From Lingula anatina (taxonomy: Eukaryota > Animalia > Brachiopoda): a DNA stretch of 64,000 nt. The stretch spans positions 15,104,651 to 15,168,650 of the forward strand of contig CM120647.1 in the NCBI GenBank assembly GCA_051362555.1, in the 5' to 3' direction. Shown here in pieces: positions 1-11,479 of this stretch. The notes under the pieces are model-generated. The model did no database searches and was not told the DNA's origin. It worked only from the letters and a program-made list of their open reading frames with translations. Numbering within the stretch: position 1 is the stretch's first letter; every line of letters begins with the position of its first letter. The translations under genes and the position numbers were made by a program.

Positions 1-1764
1 TATATTGTGGCTTTCATTTACATACATGCCTTTTTACAACAGCCATCATTTCCACACTAGTTTCAGTTTCTGCAAGACTTTGGACTCTTTTGCTGACCAT
101 AAGATCACTGTGTGTCAAATAACACTTCTCAAATATGCCTGAAATATAAATATAGCTTACTATAGACACATGAAAACACTTATCTGAAAGTTAATTGATA
201 CATTGATGAAAAATAAATTATTATCCCATTTGTCCATGTTTTATAAGTAAGGCATGGTTTCGAATATTAATTATGATGAGCCTAGCAATTTTGCCAAGAC
301 CAGCCCTAGCTTCAATCTAATTCCAATTGTTACCCTTAAATTTATTTTACCCAAGTACCATTAAACCTACATAAATACCCACACAAATATAGCTTAAAAG
401 ATAAAATTATCACAGGTCCTTAGGCTGCAATTTCATTATTTGAAAGGGGGCATTTTTCTTTTTAAAAAAATGGAGCGTTTACCATTAAAAAATTACACCT
501 AGATCATTTTTCTGAGTGAACTTTTTTTCTGGATTTTAGCCTGTATTAAAATACAAACAAACCCGTTTCTTACCTGAACCAAGTGGCATCAGTATATTCA
601 AATGGCTTTTTGTCTACACTGACATCTGCAAGTTAATCCCATGACATACAGTGTATTTCGTTATAGGCTAGTTTTCCCGTGTGGAAGGTTTCCAGCACAA
701 ACCAAGCCCATATCCCAGTGCTGGTCACATGGTGTAACCCATTTATTCTCCCAAAGATACTTGAAAAAGTCCAATTGCTGTCATCGGATACAAAAGAATT
801 CACACCTGACAAGAATCAGTGTGCTTTCGTAACTCACGCTGTTTTGCTTCACGTAAACGCGACGAAGATGACTGTTAATATCTCTGTTGCAATTTTTCAA
901 TACACTACATGTTTTTTTATATCTGTAGACAGAGTATAAACCACATGATATACGACTTCGTTGAGGAAGATTTGTAAACAAACAGTCTGCGATTTCCGCC
1001 ATGTTGGATAATGACGTTGTGTTGTTCTGACTTTAGTACATTAGTTTCACATGGTTTTAAAATGTGTTAGATGCTTGTTTTAACCAGAAAAAAATTAGAA
1101 TAGGTAAAATGAAAATAAAAAGTTCAACTAACAGTGTTTTAAACCATTCGTTGACTTGAAAGAGATGGCTGAAGTTCAGTGCACCGATATACGTGTTCGG
1201 ATATATTTACGAAAAATGAAGAAATTAGGTCATGTTCTATCTGTTACAACGGACAAGTTGTAGAACAGCAGTAAGTTTTGATTTCATGTATAAATAGATT
1301 AATGAGTTATCTGTTAGTCCTGAACACGCTTTACCCCAAAGACCTGTGAAGATGAAGATATTGTCAAAAATAGAAGGGGGGTGTTCAAAGCATGTGGTTT
1401 GTAGGCCTGAGAAAAACGCTTGGTTTGTTACCATGGAAACAAAGAGAGTGGAAAAAGTGTATATCATTTTAATCCCCTATCTTTAGGTTATAATATATCA
1501 CCAAACTAAATCATTTGGTGACACCTGTATAAACTTTAAGGCCAATATACAATATAACCCTGTTTTTCAGAAGAATTTTTGGTTGATAAACCCCCCAAAT
1601 TGTCACTGGCCATATCTCTGTAAGTAGGGATTTTTTTCAGGAAATATTGCAGCCTCGGATATTGTTCATATAAAGGTTCAAACACACCAAATATGATGTA
1701 AATCCGTTCACCCCCACCTTGCCGCATTTTCTACATTTGGTTTGGTTTTCTCGTGGACACACAC
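1..1764 (-). mobile_element. 5' end of a TTAA-targeting DNA transposon (Sola3-like) with decayed transposase N-terminus, inserted into the right TIR of a Tc1 element
   Basis: Sequence ends ...ccccaccttgccgc...gtggacacacac|TTAA (1765-1768), followed by atgccaagtctgtataaac, which is the uninterrupted Tc1 TIR seen at 34645-34660. Minus-strand remnant 574-1002 (MAEIADCLF...CG...LKNCNRDINSHL...ESTLILVRC...GINLQMS...ILMPLGS G|gtaag) is Cys-rich and ends at a GT donor. It shares the subterminal gcggcaaggtgggg motif with the 21225-25034 element. Family assignment is inference. Confidence 0.55.
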
Positions 1765-1800
1765 TTAAATGCCAAGTCTGTATAAACAGTTAGGACCGTA

Positions 1801-1814
1801 CACCCCCCCCCCCC

Positions 1815-1858
<44 letters not shown>

Positions 1859-1892
1859 AGAGAGAGAGAGAGAGTGAGAGGGAGAGAGGGGG
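1801..1892. repeat. Compound microsatellite C-run/(CA)n/(GA)n; second copy at 34682-34772
   Basis: Read directly from the sequence. Confidence 0.95.
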
Positions 1893-1971
1893 GTTACATT
1901 ACATCAAACACAACATTAAAATATGTATGCTACATTGAGATCATTGACGGAAGGCTGGTCCTGATATCCCT

Positions 1972-2011
<40 letters not shown>

Positions 2012-2052
2012 CGCTTGTCAACATTTAATCAACCTTCGTCTTTGTTCCCCAG

Positions 2053-3193
2053 CTTTAGATGCCGACACGTCCGACTGGGCACAAGTCATGAGCGTGAATG
2101 TGGCTGGATACTCGAATATGGTACAGGCCTGCTTTCCTCACATGAAGACAGGTAAACATATATCTCTTTTATTCTCCATCTCCTCCTCTCCATCTCTTTC
2201 TCTCCCTCTCTTTCTTCATCCAATAATACCGGTGTCATGAAACTGAGGGTCCGCCCTCCATATAGTTATAATGGTTAGGGTTAGTCTGACCTAAATGGGT
2301 CAAAATCTAGGGCGAGGCTCACCTGTACAAAAGCAGAGTCTTCTGTCATGGGAGACTTTCTGGTACATGACACCGGCCAAGGAGAGCCACTCGCCAACAT
2401 GGCGGCGGACACCTGTACAAAGTAATGGGAATCGGAGTCTTCTGTCATGGAGGACTTTCTGGTACATGGCACCGGCCAAGGAGAGCCACTCGCCAACATG
2501 GCGGCGGACCCGATGATTAACAAATTTTGCTGATTTGTATAGTTGCATCAACGATATTAATTAACTATTTATAAATTATGCTTATGTACGTTGTGAAAGA
2601 CCATATCCTGTGTTTGCTTGCGACTGCTTTTTCTTTTTTCCAAGTGCATTGCGCTGTATTAGGGTGTATAACGCAATTTAGGGACGCACATCTCTTGCCA
2701 CTCTGTGAAAGTGTGTGCATATGTCTTTGTGTCTCCCCTCTTTTTAAATAACGAGTTCATAAGTGTTTGTTTCATCTGCCTGTGTCTATCCACCTAAACA
2801 ACAAAACATCAGCAAAATCAGCATCGTAATTTATACCGACTTTCTTTCAAATTCAGTCTTTTCTCCAATTAGACTAAATTTTGTTCATCGGACAAAGTTA
2901 AAATGCCAACATGCAATCAATCTCCAAATATTTATCATATTTTGTCAAAATTGAGCAGTAATATTAATATTTCATCAATACTTCACTGATATTTCACCAA
3001 CACAGCCGAACCTGACGCCAGATCAGTCGTCAATATAGCCAGTATGGTCGGCCACGTGGCATCGGCCTGTAAGAGGACGCACTCGACCAGTAAAGGTGCT
3101 GTGCTGGAGCTGACTCGGTGTATGGCACTGGACTAGGCCAAAGATGACATCCGGGTGAACTCCGTGTCACCGGGAGTCATAAATACGGCAGCG
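2053..3193 (+). pseudogene. SDR paralogue D0 pseudogene (exon 2 2053-2151, exon 3 3006-3193; exon 1 not in window, exon 4 absent)
   Basis: Exons match the intact copies with AG/GT boundaries. Exon 3 has catalytic YxxxK changed to HSTSK, W>R, and an in-frame TAG at 3134-3136. Intron 3 breaks off at ~3405 into a YqaJ element. Confidence 0.9.
2229..2700. mobile_element. Non-autonomous element remnant in intron 2 of D-type copies (starts ccgg|tgtcatg, contains ggttagggttag, two ~90-99 bp tandem units, and half of the fold-back MITE family); second copy ~35083-35560
   Basis: Tandem units start cacctgtacaaa at 2320/2410 and 35174/35273. The aagagccactcgccaacatggc...caagtgcattgcgctgtatt segment matches the right arm of the MITE at 46387-46860. 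Absent from intron 2 of the other paralogues. Confidence 0.55.
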
Positions 3194-3199
3194 GTAAGT

Positions 3200-3248
<49 letters not shown>

Positions 3249-3404
3249 GGGGGGGGGGTATCAGAAGATTCGCTGATATCGACAAATTTGATTGAAGAAA
3301 TGATGAAAGATTTGAGCTGAAGAGAGAATGTCATAGTTTTAACGCTGATTATCAAAATCCATATTAAAGGCAGTGCGGAGCAGAAGAAAGAACACTGCCG
3401 AAAT

Positions 3405-5772
3405 GCCTTGGAATAAGACTTGGAATTGTTGCCCACAGTTGACGATTGACTATTCGCCGAAGCATTTTCCAACTGACGGGTCAACAATTCCGGCAGGACA
3501 CAATAGAGCCTAAAAGTATCCAGTTTGGTTGCCATCCCTTATTACCCTCGTAATCACAGGCACAATCCACAGGGATCCAAACAACGAGGTCAACATACTG
3601 GGCATTAGCCACGTACTACATCTGAAGCTGTACTTGGGCATAGTACTTGTGTTTCTTTTTGAGAGAAAATGAATCATCTTGACAAAAAATTCTCCTTGAA
3701 TGTTGTCCTCCATTGTTTTCTCACGGCAGTTGAAAGGGCATTTTACCTCAAGAACACCAAGTCCGCAACATGAACATGTGATGATGCCATCTGGTGATGC
3801 ACCAAAATGTGGTTTTTGTGGTGAATGCAGTAAGCCTGACTCTGTTAAATGGGCCTCAGAATGTTGAAGCCCAACATGGTCTGCCACATACACTCTTCCT
3901 GATGGGCACAGCTTGATGGGCCTGTGCGGGTCTTCCTGAACAACATGCCTGTACAGTTCATACGCATTCCCCTCATTCTCTCTCCCCCACTCAACAGCAG
4001 GTACTCTAAGGGCGCATTCCTATATATTTTAGATCGATCTATCCCCGTGGGAAGTCTCACTAGATTACTGTCAGATAATCGGGCTTAAATGTCCGTCCCG
4101 CCCACTACAAGCTCTAAGGGGGTAATTAACTACCGTGAGCGTGAGCGCAGTGTAGAGGACGGCTTGGAAACACTTGTTTGCATAACGTCACCAGCAATAG
4201 ATGCAGTTATTCTGCCAGTCCTTATTTCATGCCAGGCTGAGGATGAGGATTGCAACCTTGTTGTCTCCCCCACACTTTTAATTTCCTCAGGTGTTATATC
4301 ATGTTTAGCATAAATGTCATTACACACATCAACCATATCTTCCTTGCTAAGGGTCGTGTATTGTTCCTTGTAGAGAGTTCTCAGATTGTCTGGAACCGTG
4401 GTAACAGGGGCAAAATCTTCAGAATTTTCTTCTATAAAGGCCTCATTGTGCTCGCTCCAAGCACTAAGTTCGACTACAGTAGTAGTCCCTAGATGTCTTA
4501 TTGACTGTGCTGTTCCTCATAAGTGGCTGGCCGCGGCGATTCCCTGTGGACTCTTGTGCTCTCCCTCAGCTTTCTCTTAGCTTTTTCACTGTAGTACTTT
4601 ATAGATGCAGTGGGGCCAGTTCAACATCCTTAACATAGCGTTCATTCCACTGACATGGCAAATCAGTTCAGGCAGAGGTTGTGTAACCTAGTCTCACTGC
4701 GGCTTCCACTTTATACAGCACCGCTCCAATGTGAGAACATGTCTCTCCCAATCTAAAAAAAGAGAGCAAATGTTCATAATTTGTACAAGTTTCTCTCCAG
4801 ACAGGGGAAGGTGTAATTGCATAACCATCTAAATTTTATTTTCAATATTTCATGTTTTAAAGGCTAAAAAGAGCATTGCACATAATAGGATTTAAACTAC
4901 TTATATGTACAACAAGAATCACAACTGAAAAAGATAATTACCCTGCCATGCAATCGCAGTGTGCAGTAATTACTTTGCCATCTTTGCTCAAGGCCACCCG
5001 TGGGTGATGTGGCTCCTCTGTCACACGCCATGAAGGTTTCACATCTGCTTTAAGAATAAAATCCCCTCTACTCGTCTTGCAATGATACACAGTCTGTACC
5101 CAGCCACAGACGAAAAAACATGTTCATCCAAAGACTTATAGTTTTCCATTGCTTCTGCGGAATACAGACCTGTCAAATAGATGAAAAAAGCAATATATAA
5201 AATCTTATGATTAAGTAGATGCGAAAATTGTAAAGGTGTTCCACTGCTTGAATAAATGTAAGCTGACATGATCTTCTGAACCTGGTTTAATTTTTTAATC
5301 ATATCTAAAACTGGACACTAACACGTTCTATTAACACTTGGAAAATAAAGGCAGGCTGAGGTCGTTTTCATGAAGACACTTTCAGCTTATTTCAGCCTAT
5401 ATGAAACAACAATGGACATCTCCATATTGACTCAAATATTTTTACTTACGAGGAGATTTGATCAAATAATGATATATATCTCCATTATATGTAGCTGGGC
5501 ACTCCTTCATATCATTAGTCCACTTGTCAGCAGGTTCTTTGAAGGGGCACTGATCGATCCCAACCAGGTTTAACTTCATTTTGTATCGAGTCTTGGCTTC
5601 ATGAGAATCTCCTCCGAGCGCAGCCGAGAATTAATTACAACTTTGGAAGTAATTCGCTCGCGCTACCAGTAATTACGCCAAGGGGTATTCAGGGCACAGA
5701 CCGTGATCACAAGATGCCGCCAATAGATTTTTAGATTTTTAGAAAATAGATTTTTCATGTGAACGGTCCCTT
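3405..5772 (-). mobile_element. Decayed ISL2EU-like (PIF/Harbinger-related) transposon carrying a SWIM zinc finger + YqaJ (lambda-exonuclease-like) pseudogene
   Basis: Minus-strand translation: ...FILKADVKPSWRVTEEPHH...VITAHCDCMAG|LGETCSHIGAVLYKVEAA (SWIM CxC..CxH, GT-AG intron ~4755-4941), TRLQSSSSAWHEIRTGRITAS, VEWGRENE, GASPDG...LEVKCP, HKYYAQVQLQM (YqaJ motifs), with stops and frameshifts. Candidate terminus gaacggtccctt|AT at 5772. A YqaJ accessory ORF and AT TSD are established ISL2EU traits. Confidence 0.75.
4009..4147 (-). mobile_element. Truncated Harbinger-type MITE nested in the YqaJ ORF; second copy 36868-37005
   Basis: taa|gggcgcattcc...tttagatcgatctatccccgtgggaagtctcactag is the reverse complement of the MITE at 6893 and 8368. 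It interrupts the YqaJ reading frame. Confidence 0.75.
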
Positions 5773-6377
5773 ATATGACCATGGCGATATGCTGATATGA
5801 TATGCGATATGAGTGAAGGTCGAGGGCAACCTCGAGCCGCTACCCAAAAATATCTCGCTTCACTCGACATTTCTGCGTAGCGTCATTCGGAAAACTCGGA
5901 TTTAACCTCGACGTAGTCTAGAATTTCACGACTGCATCTTGGTTAAATCAGTCGAGGTATCTTAAATGCTGAAAGCCGAAGACAGTGATCATGTGACCTT
6001 CTTGGCATCAAGAGAATAGTGACTTTACTTGCGTTATATACCTACCAGTTGACAAATTTAAAATCTCTCACACTCTTAAAAAATTAACAAACTTTTGACG
6101 TTTAACAATTATTCTTGATAATTTTATTACAGTAAGTCATATCATATGGGTATGGTTTGAAAACGGGAATTAGGTTACAGTTAAGCCACGCGTCCATACA
6201 AATTATTTGTAAATCTATAACTTTTTAACGAGCGTTGTGTGATTTACCTTTTGTTTTTAAGGTGTTCATTCTTCCTCTTTATCAGACATATATCGGTAAA
6301 AATCAAATCTATCCCCTTTTGAAGTTGAACTTGTAATAACATGTAGCACATGAATGCTCTGATAACCAGCACATATC

Positions 6378-6700
6378 TATTCCGAAACCGTCTCGTAGTA
6401 AAAGATGTCACCAAAACGTAGAATTATTACTCCTGTGGACTTGAAATAAACCTCCGTTTGATTTTGACTATATTCCGTAACCGCCTCGTCAGAAATAACA
6501 ATTTAACTAGAATTATTACTCCCGTGAACTTGTAATAAACATCCGTCTGACTTTGACTATATTCCGAAACTGCCTCCTTGTCAGAAATATCACCAAAGAG
6601 TAAATTTCTTTCTCCTTCGCACTTGTGAAAAATTAGTTTGACTATATTCTGGTCCGACGCCCTTTGTTTATCAGAAATGTCACTAAAAAGTAGACGCTTT
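6378..6700. repeat. Degenerate ~88-bp tandem repeat (~4 units); second copy ~38382-38700
   Basis: Recurring tattccgaaac...gtcagaaat..cac.aaa...gaattattactcc...ttgac at ~6378, 6470, 6559 and 6644. Confidence 0.7.
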
Positions 6701-6892
6701 GCCTTGGGACCTTTTTCCGCAGCAGTCCAAGCTAGGTGTGGCTCAGCTGAGACGCGCATGGTCAGTGTCGACGGTTGATTAAATACTTTTCAAGCCAGTT
6801 GAACGTCCACGACAAGTATTTAGCATTACATAAGAATTCGGCGGGAGGTGACCAGCGCACGTGGACGAGTTTATTCCACATAACATCTCTAG

Positions 6893-7116
6893 GGGTGTAT
6901 TCCCAGAGATTTAGATCGATCCAGAGATTAACATTTAGATCGACCTAACTTCCTGGGGGTTCAAGCTAAATTGCAGTCAGCCGAGCGCGCACCATAGTTA
7001 GTTAACCCCTTACAGCTTTTAGTATGCGGGACAGACGCTTAAGACGGCTAAGGTTACAGTAATCTAGTGAGACTCCCCACAGGGATAGATCGATCTAAAA
7101 TCTATGCGATAGGGTC
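6893..7116. mobile_element. PIF/Harbinger-type MITE (~225 bp); other copies 8368-8593, 38926-39151, 40381-40606
   Basis: Imperfect TIR gggtgtattcccagagatttagatcgatc ... gatcgatctaaaatctatgggaatgggg with 3-bp TAG/TAA-type flanks. The empty site for the 8368/40381 copies is visible in intron 1 of B, F and G (gaac[a/c]cttagtcgtaacc). Confidence 0.75.
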
Positions 7117-7149
7117 ACTTTATTCGGTTTTAGGGGTGTTTTAGGGTGA

Positions 7150-7612
7150 AATGACTATATTTGTTCTCGGTATGTATGTCAAATAATACACTCGCTTACG
7201 CTCGAGGTATTATGGTATATATCGCTCGGGTGACAGTGTATTATCTCACACATGGACTTTCCCCGCGTTTGCCGCCTAATTGCGGTCCCTGCAATCCTTT
7301 TGTTTTGATATCAGCCCCGTGGTATGTATTCTTTGATATCACCCCATGTGCGGTGATATCAGCGTGTTCTATTCAAAGTTAGGGGGTTTGGGTGGGGAAC
7401 GCGCACGATTTCCCTTTGTATGTGTGACAAATAATGCACTGTTACCCCCTGGCCCGATATACACGATAGCATGCCTCGCTGGCGCTCGTATTATCGGGCT
7501 CGTGGACACTGCATTATTTCCTACATAATCCACTGTCCACGAGCCCGATATACACGATAGGCACTCGTGTATGCCACTTGACCCTCGTTGACTCGGGGTC
7601 TATCTATTACAT
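7150..7612. mobile_element. Repeat remnant with internal inverted and direct repeats replacing the upstream promoter of A-type copies; second copy ~39190-39652
   Basis: Contains actcgcttacgctcg and ctcgctggcgctcg motifs, inverted atcgggctcgtggaca/tgtccacgagcccgat, and duplicated cccgatatacacgatag. It abuts aatcgtca, where B, C, D and F have a different shared upstream sequence. Family is uncertain (possibly Crypton-like). Confidence 0.4.
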
Positions 7613-7645
7613 AATCGTCATGACGGTGGCCTGCAACAGGGGGCC

Positions 7646-7656
7646 AAAATAGGTCA
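7646..7656 (+). promoter_or_regulatory. Putative nuclear-receptor monomer site (RORE consensus AAAATAGGTCA) upstream of each SDR exon 1; also 11464, 26221, 32682, 39686, 50339
   Basis: Exact match to WAWNTRGGTCA in all six copies that have an exon 1, ~30-60 bp upstream of the ATG (displaced by a MITE in B). Function is inferred only. Confidence 0.3.
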
Positions 7657-7712
7657 CCAATTCTTCACCTACGACTTTGCAAAAAGGAAAACCAGGGTAG
7701 GAGTGTCTTAAA

Positions 7713-10151
7713 ATGGCAGCTCTTCAACCTAGCCTGGATGCAGCAAGCACTAAGGACAGACTCAAGGGGCGTGTAGCTATAGTCACAGGGGGAGCCGGTG
7801 GTATAGGCAGTGCATGTGTACGACGCTTCTTGAATGACGGAGCACTTGTTGCCTTCTTCGACATCGACCAAGTTGCCGGGAAACAGTTGGAGGCTGAGCT
7901 CCGGGCGGCTGGCTTTGAGACGAAATTTTACCAGGTCGACGTTTCCGACAGAGAGGCGTGCTTCAAGGCCGTTAGCCACGTAGCTAACCAGTACGGTGGC
8001 TGCATCAACTTTCTTGTGAACTGTGCTGCGGCATTTATATATAAAGGTAAGTTGAAGTTATGGATTGCAGGAAACGATTTCCGACACCCCACGAGCATTT
8101 CCCCAAATAATTTAAAAGTGAATGTTTAATAAAGACAGCATGTTTTGTGGCATTTCTTACAATCAGGGGGTTGGCCGAGAATGGTCGATTCGGTCACCTT
8201 TCCCTGTTGGTTTCTAATCTACCAGCGAGAGAGCTGTTCAACCAGTGCAGATCTGTTCTGCCAGCTGGCATAATTTTTCCAGCTTTTCTAACGAAAATAA
8301 CACCCCTTTTGTTATATTTCAATTTAAAACTTAACTCGCGCTGTGCTCCATAATGCATGAACATTAAGGGTGCTTTCCCAGAGATTTAGCTCGATATAAA
8401 GATTAAGATTTAGATCGACCTAACTCCCTGGGGGTTCACGCTAAATTGCAGTCAGCCGAGCGGGCACCATAGTTAATTACCCCTTTACAGCTTTTAGTAG
8501 GCGGGACAGACGCTTAAGCCGGCCAAGCTGACAGCAATCTAGTGAGACTCCCCACAGGGATAGATCGATCTAAAAATCTATGGAAATGGGATGTTAGTCG
8601 TAACCATCCCTTTTTTCGCCTTCAAATTCACAGCGCAAGAGCAACTCTCGCTTGCATCTACATAAAACAAAATCAGATAAAAAACATTGTGTATGCTGCT
8701 GTGGGATGGGTGATGGGTCGGACTGGCCGGAGGGGGCTGATATCCCTACTCTCTCCCCTTGGTTTTCAACATTAAATCAAATAACTTTATAACTTCTTGA
8801 TTAAATCAACGTTGGTCTTTGTTCTCCAGCTCTAGATGCCGACACGTCCGACTGGGCACAAGTCATGAGTGTGAATGTGGCTGGATACTCGAATATGGTA
8901 CAGGCCTGCTTTCCTCACATGAAGACAGGTAAAATACACATCTCTCCTCCTCTTTGTCCTCCTCCTCTCTCTCTCTTATCCTCTGCATCTCTCTCTCTCT
9001 CTCTTTCTCCCACTCTCTCCCCTCTATCTCCACCTTATGCGAGTGTGAGCATGAATCCTTGCTGTCCACCGTAATAACAGCAAAATCTACATCGTGCACC
9101 CTTTGCACTGGACGGCGTCCTTTTTGCTTATTTTGTGCGACCATTAAACTGGCCAGGTCGCCATTGAACGCTCAAAGAACGCACGGTCATCGCTTGGATC
9201 GCGCAGACGCCATGGTCACCGCAGTTTTGGGTATGTTCAAAACGATTGCACAGAGAACGAAAGTCGAGCGTCGACCTTGCGTCTTGTAGGTGTGACCGGG
9301 GTATTTAGCGCATTGACCAAATTTTTGATCGCAGAAGAAACGCAGAAAGGACGCCGTCCACTGGTAAGGGGCCTTTACTCCAATTTGAAAACAAGTTCTC
9401 TCCATCGAAAAAAGTTAAAAAGTCAACATTCCATCGATCTCCATATCTGAAATTAATCATATTTTAGCAGGTCGTACAGTACTTAAGCAGTATTTCACTG
9501 ATAATTTATCAATATAGCCGAACCTGACGCCAGATCAATCGTCAATATAGCCAGTGTCCTCAGCCATGTGGCATCGGCCAGTAAGTGGACGTACTGTACC
9601 AGTAAAGGTGCCGTGCTGGAGCTGACCCGGTGTATGGCACTGGACTTGGCCAAAGATCACATACGGGTGAACTCCGTGTCACCGGGATCAATAAATACAG
9701 CAGCGGTAAGTGTGTGTGTGTGAGAGAGAGAGAGAGGGATAGAGAGGGGTATCAGAAAATTTACAGATATCTTCAAATATGATTGAACAAATGCTTAATA
9801 AGTTGAGCTGAAGAGAGAATTTCATGGTTTTAACGCTGATTATCAAAATCCATATTAAAGCAGTGCGGAGCAGAAGAAAGAATTAAAACACTGCCAAAAT
9901 AATATCATTCATATTTCAGTTCGCAAACTTCATATCAGGCGATGAAGACCAAAAGAGGTGGTTTGAGGGATGTCACATGATGAACCGTATCGGAGGTTGC
10001 AGAAGTTGCCGCCGCCATTGCCTTCCTCTGCAGCAGAGACGCATCCTTCATCACGGGCGCCGAACTCCCGGTAGATGGCGGGTTCACGGCAGTAGGCCCT
10101 GAAAGGCATGGGAAAGAAGGAGCCAAGTTTACGGGCATGATCCCAGAGTAG
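7713..10151 (+). pseudogene. SDR paralogue A (exons 7713-8046, 8830-8928, 9518-9705, 9920-10151) with a 2-nt deletion in exon 4
   Basis: All splice sites are canonical and catalytic motifs are intact (TGGAGGIG, IAS, YCTSK). ggaggttgcagaa at ~9992-10004 versus ggagcatgc[t/g]cagaa in B/E shifts the frame to a TGA at 10100-10102 (267 aa, aberrant C-terminus). The ancestral TAG is at 10149-10151. Confidence 0.8.
9098..9375. mobile_element. Old MITE in SDR intron 2 (TIR aacccctttgcactggacggcgtcctttctgcg); copies 13708-14082, 29199-29599, 41120-41365, ~51625-51768 (partial), 61130-61530; intergenic relatives 48791-48998 and 58619-58835
   Basis: Inverted ends ...cgcagaaaggacgccgtccactgtaaagggg. Present at the same intron position in A, B, C, E, F and G, so it predates their amplification. 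Confidence 0.75.
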
Positions 10152-11479
10152 ATGCTGCGGCCGTCCTTCACTTACATTGTAGAACTAGGACAAGTTTCAC
10201 TGTCCAGTGGCCCAAATGGTTCCGACCACGTGCCCATTGCCCTTCCATTTTAGAAAATAGGGGTGAAACATCTTGCGACACCACGTAATTAAATAGTTGG
10301 TAGAAAATGGATAGAAAAACGTCAATAAAATATCAGGTCCTTTAATATTTAATGCCTCACACAATATTTATTGGATTTATTTTAAATAATCAATTTTACA
10401 CTCACTATACGTATGTACTTTTACAGCCAATAATGCTCTGCTTTTACGTACTGTATTTTATTGTTAATTGAACCATGCTGTGTATTGAGATGTGTTAAAG
10501 TAAAATGCCAAATAATACCAATAGTAATAATAGTAGCCGTGAAATTTTACAGTCTCTTTGAGGTGTTTATACTGTCACCTAGTATTTCAGAGATTTACGC
10601 TTTTTGATAGTTGTATTTAGGCTTTATCTAGACCCTATGTTGTTGCTCAAGCTCTTCAAAAGACAGTTCAGAGATAATCCTATATTAAAAGGGTGTCAGA
10701 GAGAGAGAGAGAGAGATGTGTGAAGAAGCAGGGGGGGGGGACATAAATGCCTTTTAATTCCTGCGTTCGCTTTCTGTAATGGCTTCTCCATTCATGTGGT
10801 ATCAGTTAGATTCGGGAGAATTAAAATATCTGTTCAACATTGTTTTATTTTATTCTGAAATTATTGCCTTTATGTTGTTTATGATGGTAATATATTTTGA
10901 ATGAATAGAGTCCAGGGTCCTGTTAGATGTGCTGTTTTATTATTTTTTCTATATAGTTTATATCTCTAGGGGCGGATCCATGATTCTTTGAATGGGGGGA
11001 GGGGCACAGGGGTGAGTACATGTTATTTAAAGGGAGGGGGGTCCACCCTAGGCGTGGGGCTAGGAGTCTGCATGGGCACTCGAGGGCTTGTCACTCCTCA
11101 CATCTGGTTTCCATTACGCTTACTCACAGCTTGAGGAGAGGGAAAGAGGATAATAAATAAATATTTACCATCACTTTTTTAATTTCTTATTTGATATCAA
11201 CGAAACAAATGAAACTCTGGATTGCCCGTTTCTCCTAAAGCGAGGCAGCATCATACGGAAATTACCCCGGTCATAACGCCTCGAAGGAGATAAGAGATAA
11301 CAGGATCAGGGGAGAATGCCAGTTGCTAAGGCAAAGTGCCCGGATGACCGTCTGTCCCTCATTAGCAAATATCTAAAGAAAAGTCAATCTATGGGCCTGG
11401 TAAAGGGTAGGCCTACACAAAAACACAATCGTCGTAACGGTGGCCCGCAACGGGGCCCAACACAAAATAGGTCACCAAT

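Noticed and set aside
2273-2284. ggttagggttag telomere-like motif
   Set aside because: About two units only, inside a TE remnant; not an interstitial telomere array.
2320-2509. ~90-99-bp repeats resembling a CRISPR-like array
   Set aside because: Only two contiguous units, no unique spacers, no cas genes, eukaryotic intron context.
3510-3893. YqaJ ORF as evidence of a phage or bacterial recombination/defence system
   Set aside because: It has a spliceosomal intron and a SWIM finger and is decayed, which fits a eukaryotic DNA transposon accessory gene.
7665-7979. Recurrent minus-strand ORFs ([12 protein letters not shown]..., MKDGRSIYSG..., repeated at each paralogue)
   Set aside because: Antisense shadows of SDR exons 1, 3 and 4. 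They recur only because the gene is duplicated, and their ends vary.
10968-11100. aggggcggatcc... GC-rich patch, possible MITE end
   Set aside because: No matching opposite terminus or empty site found, so it cannot be delimited.
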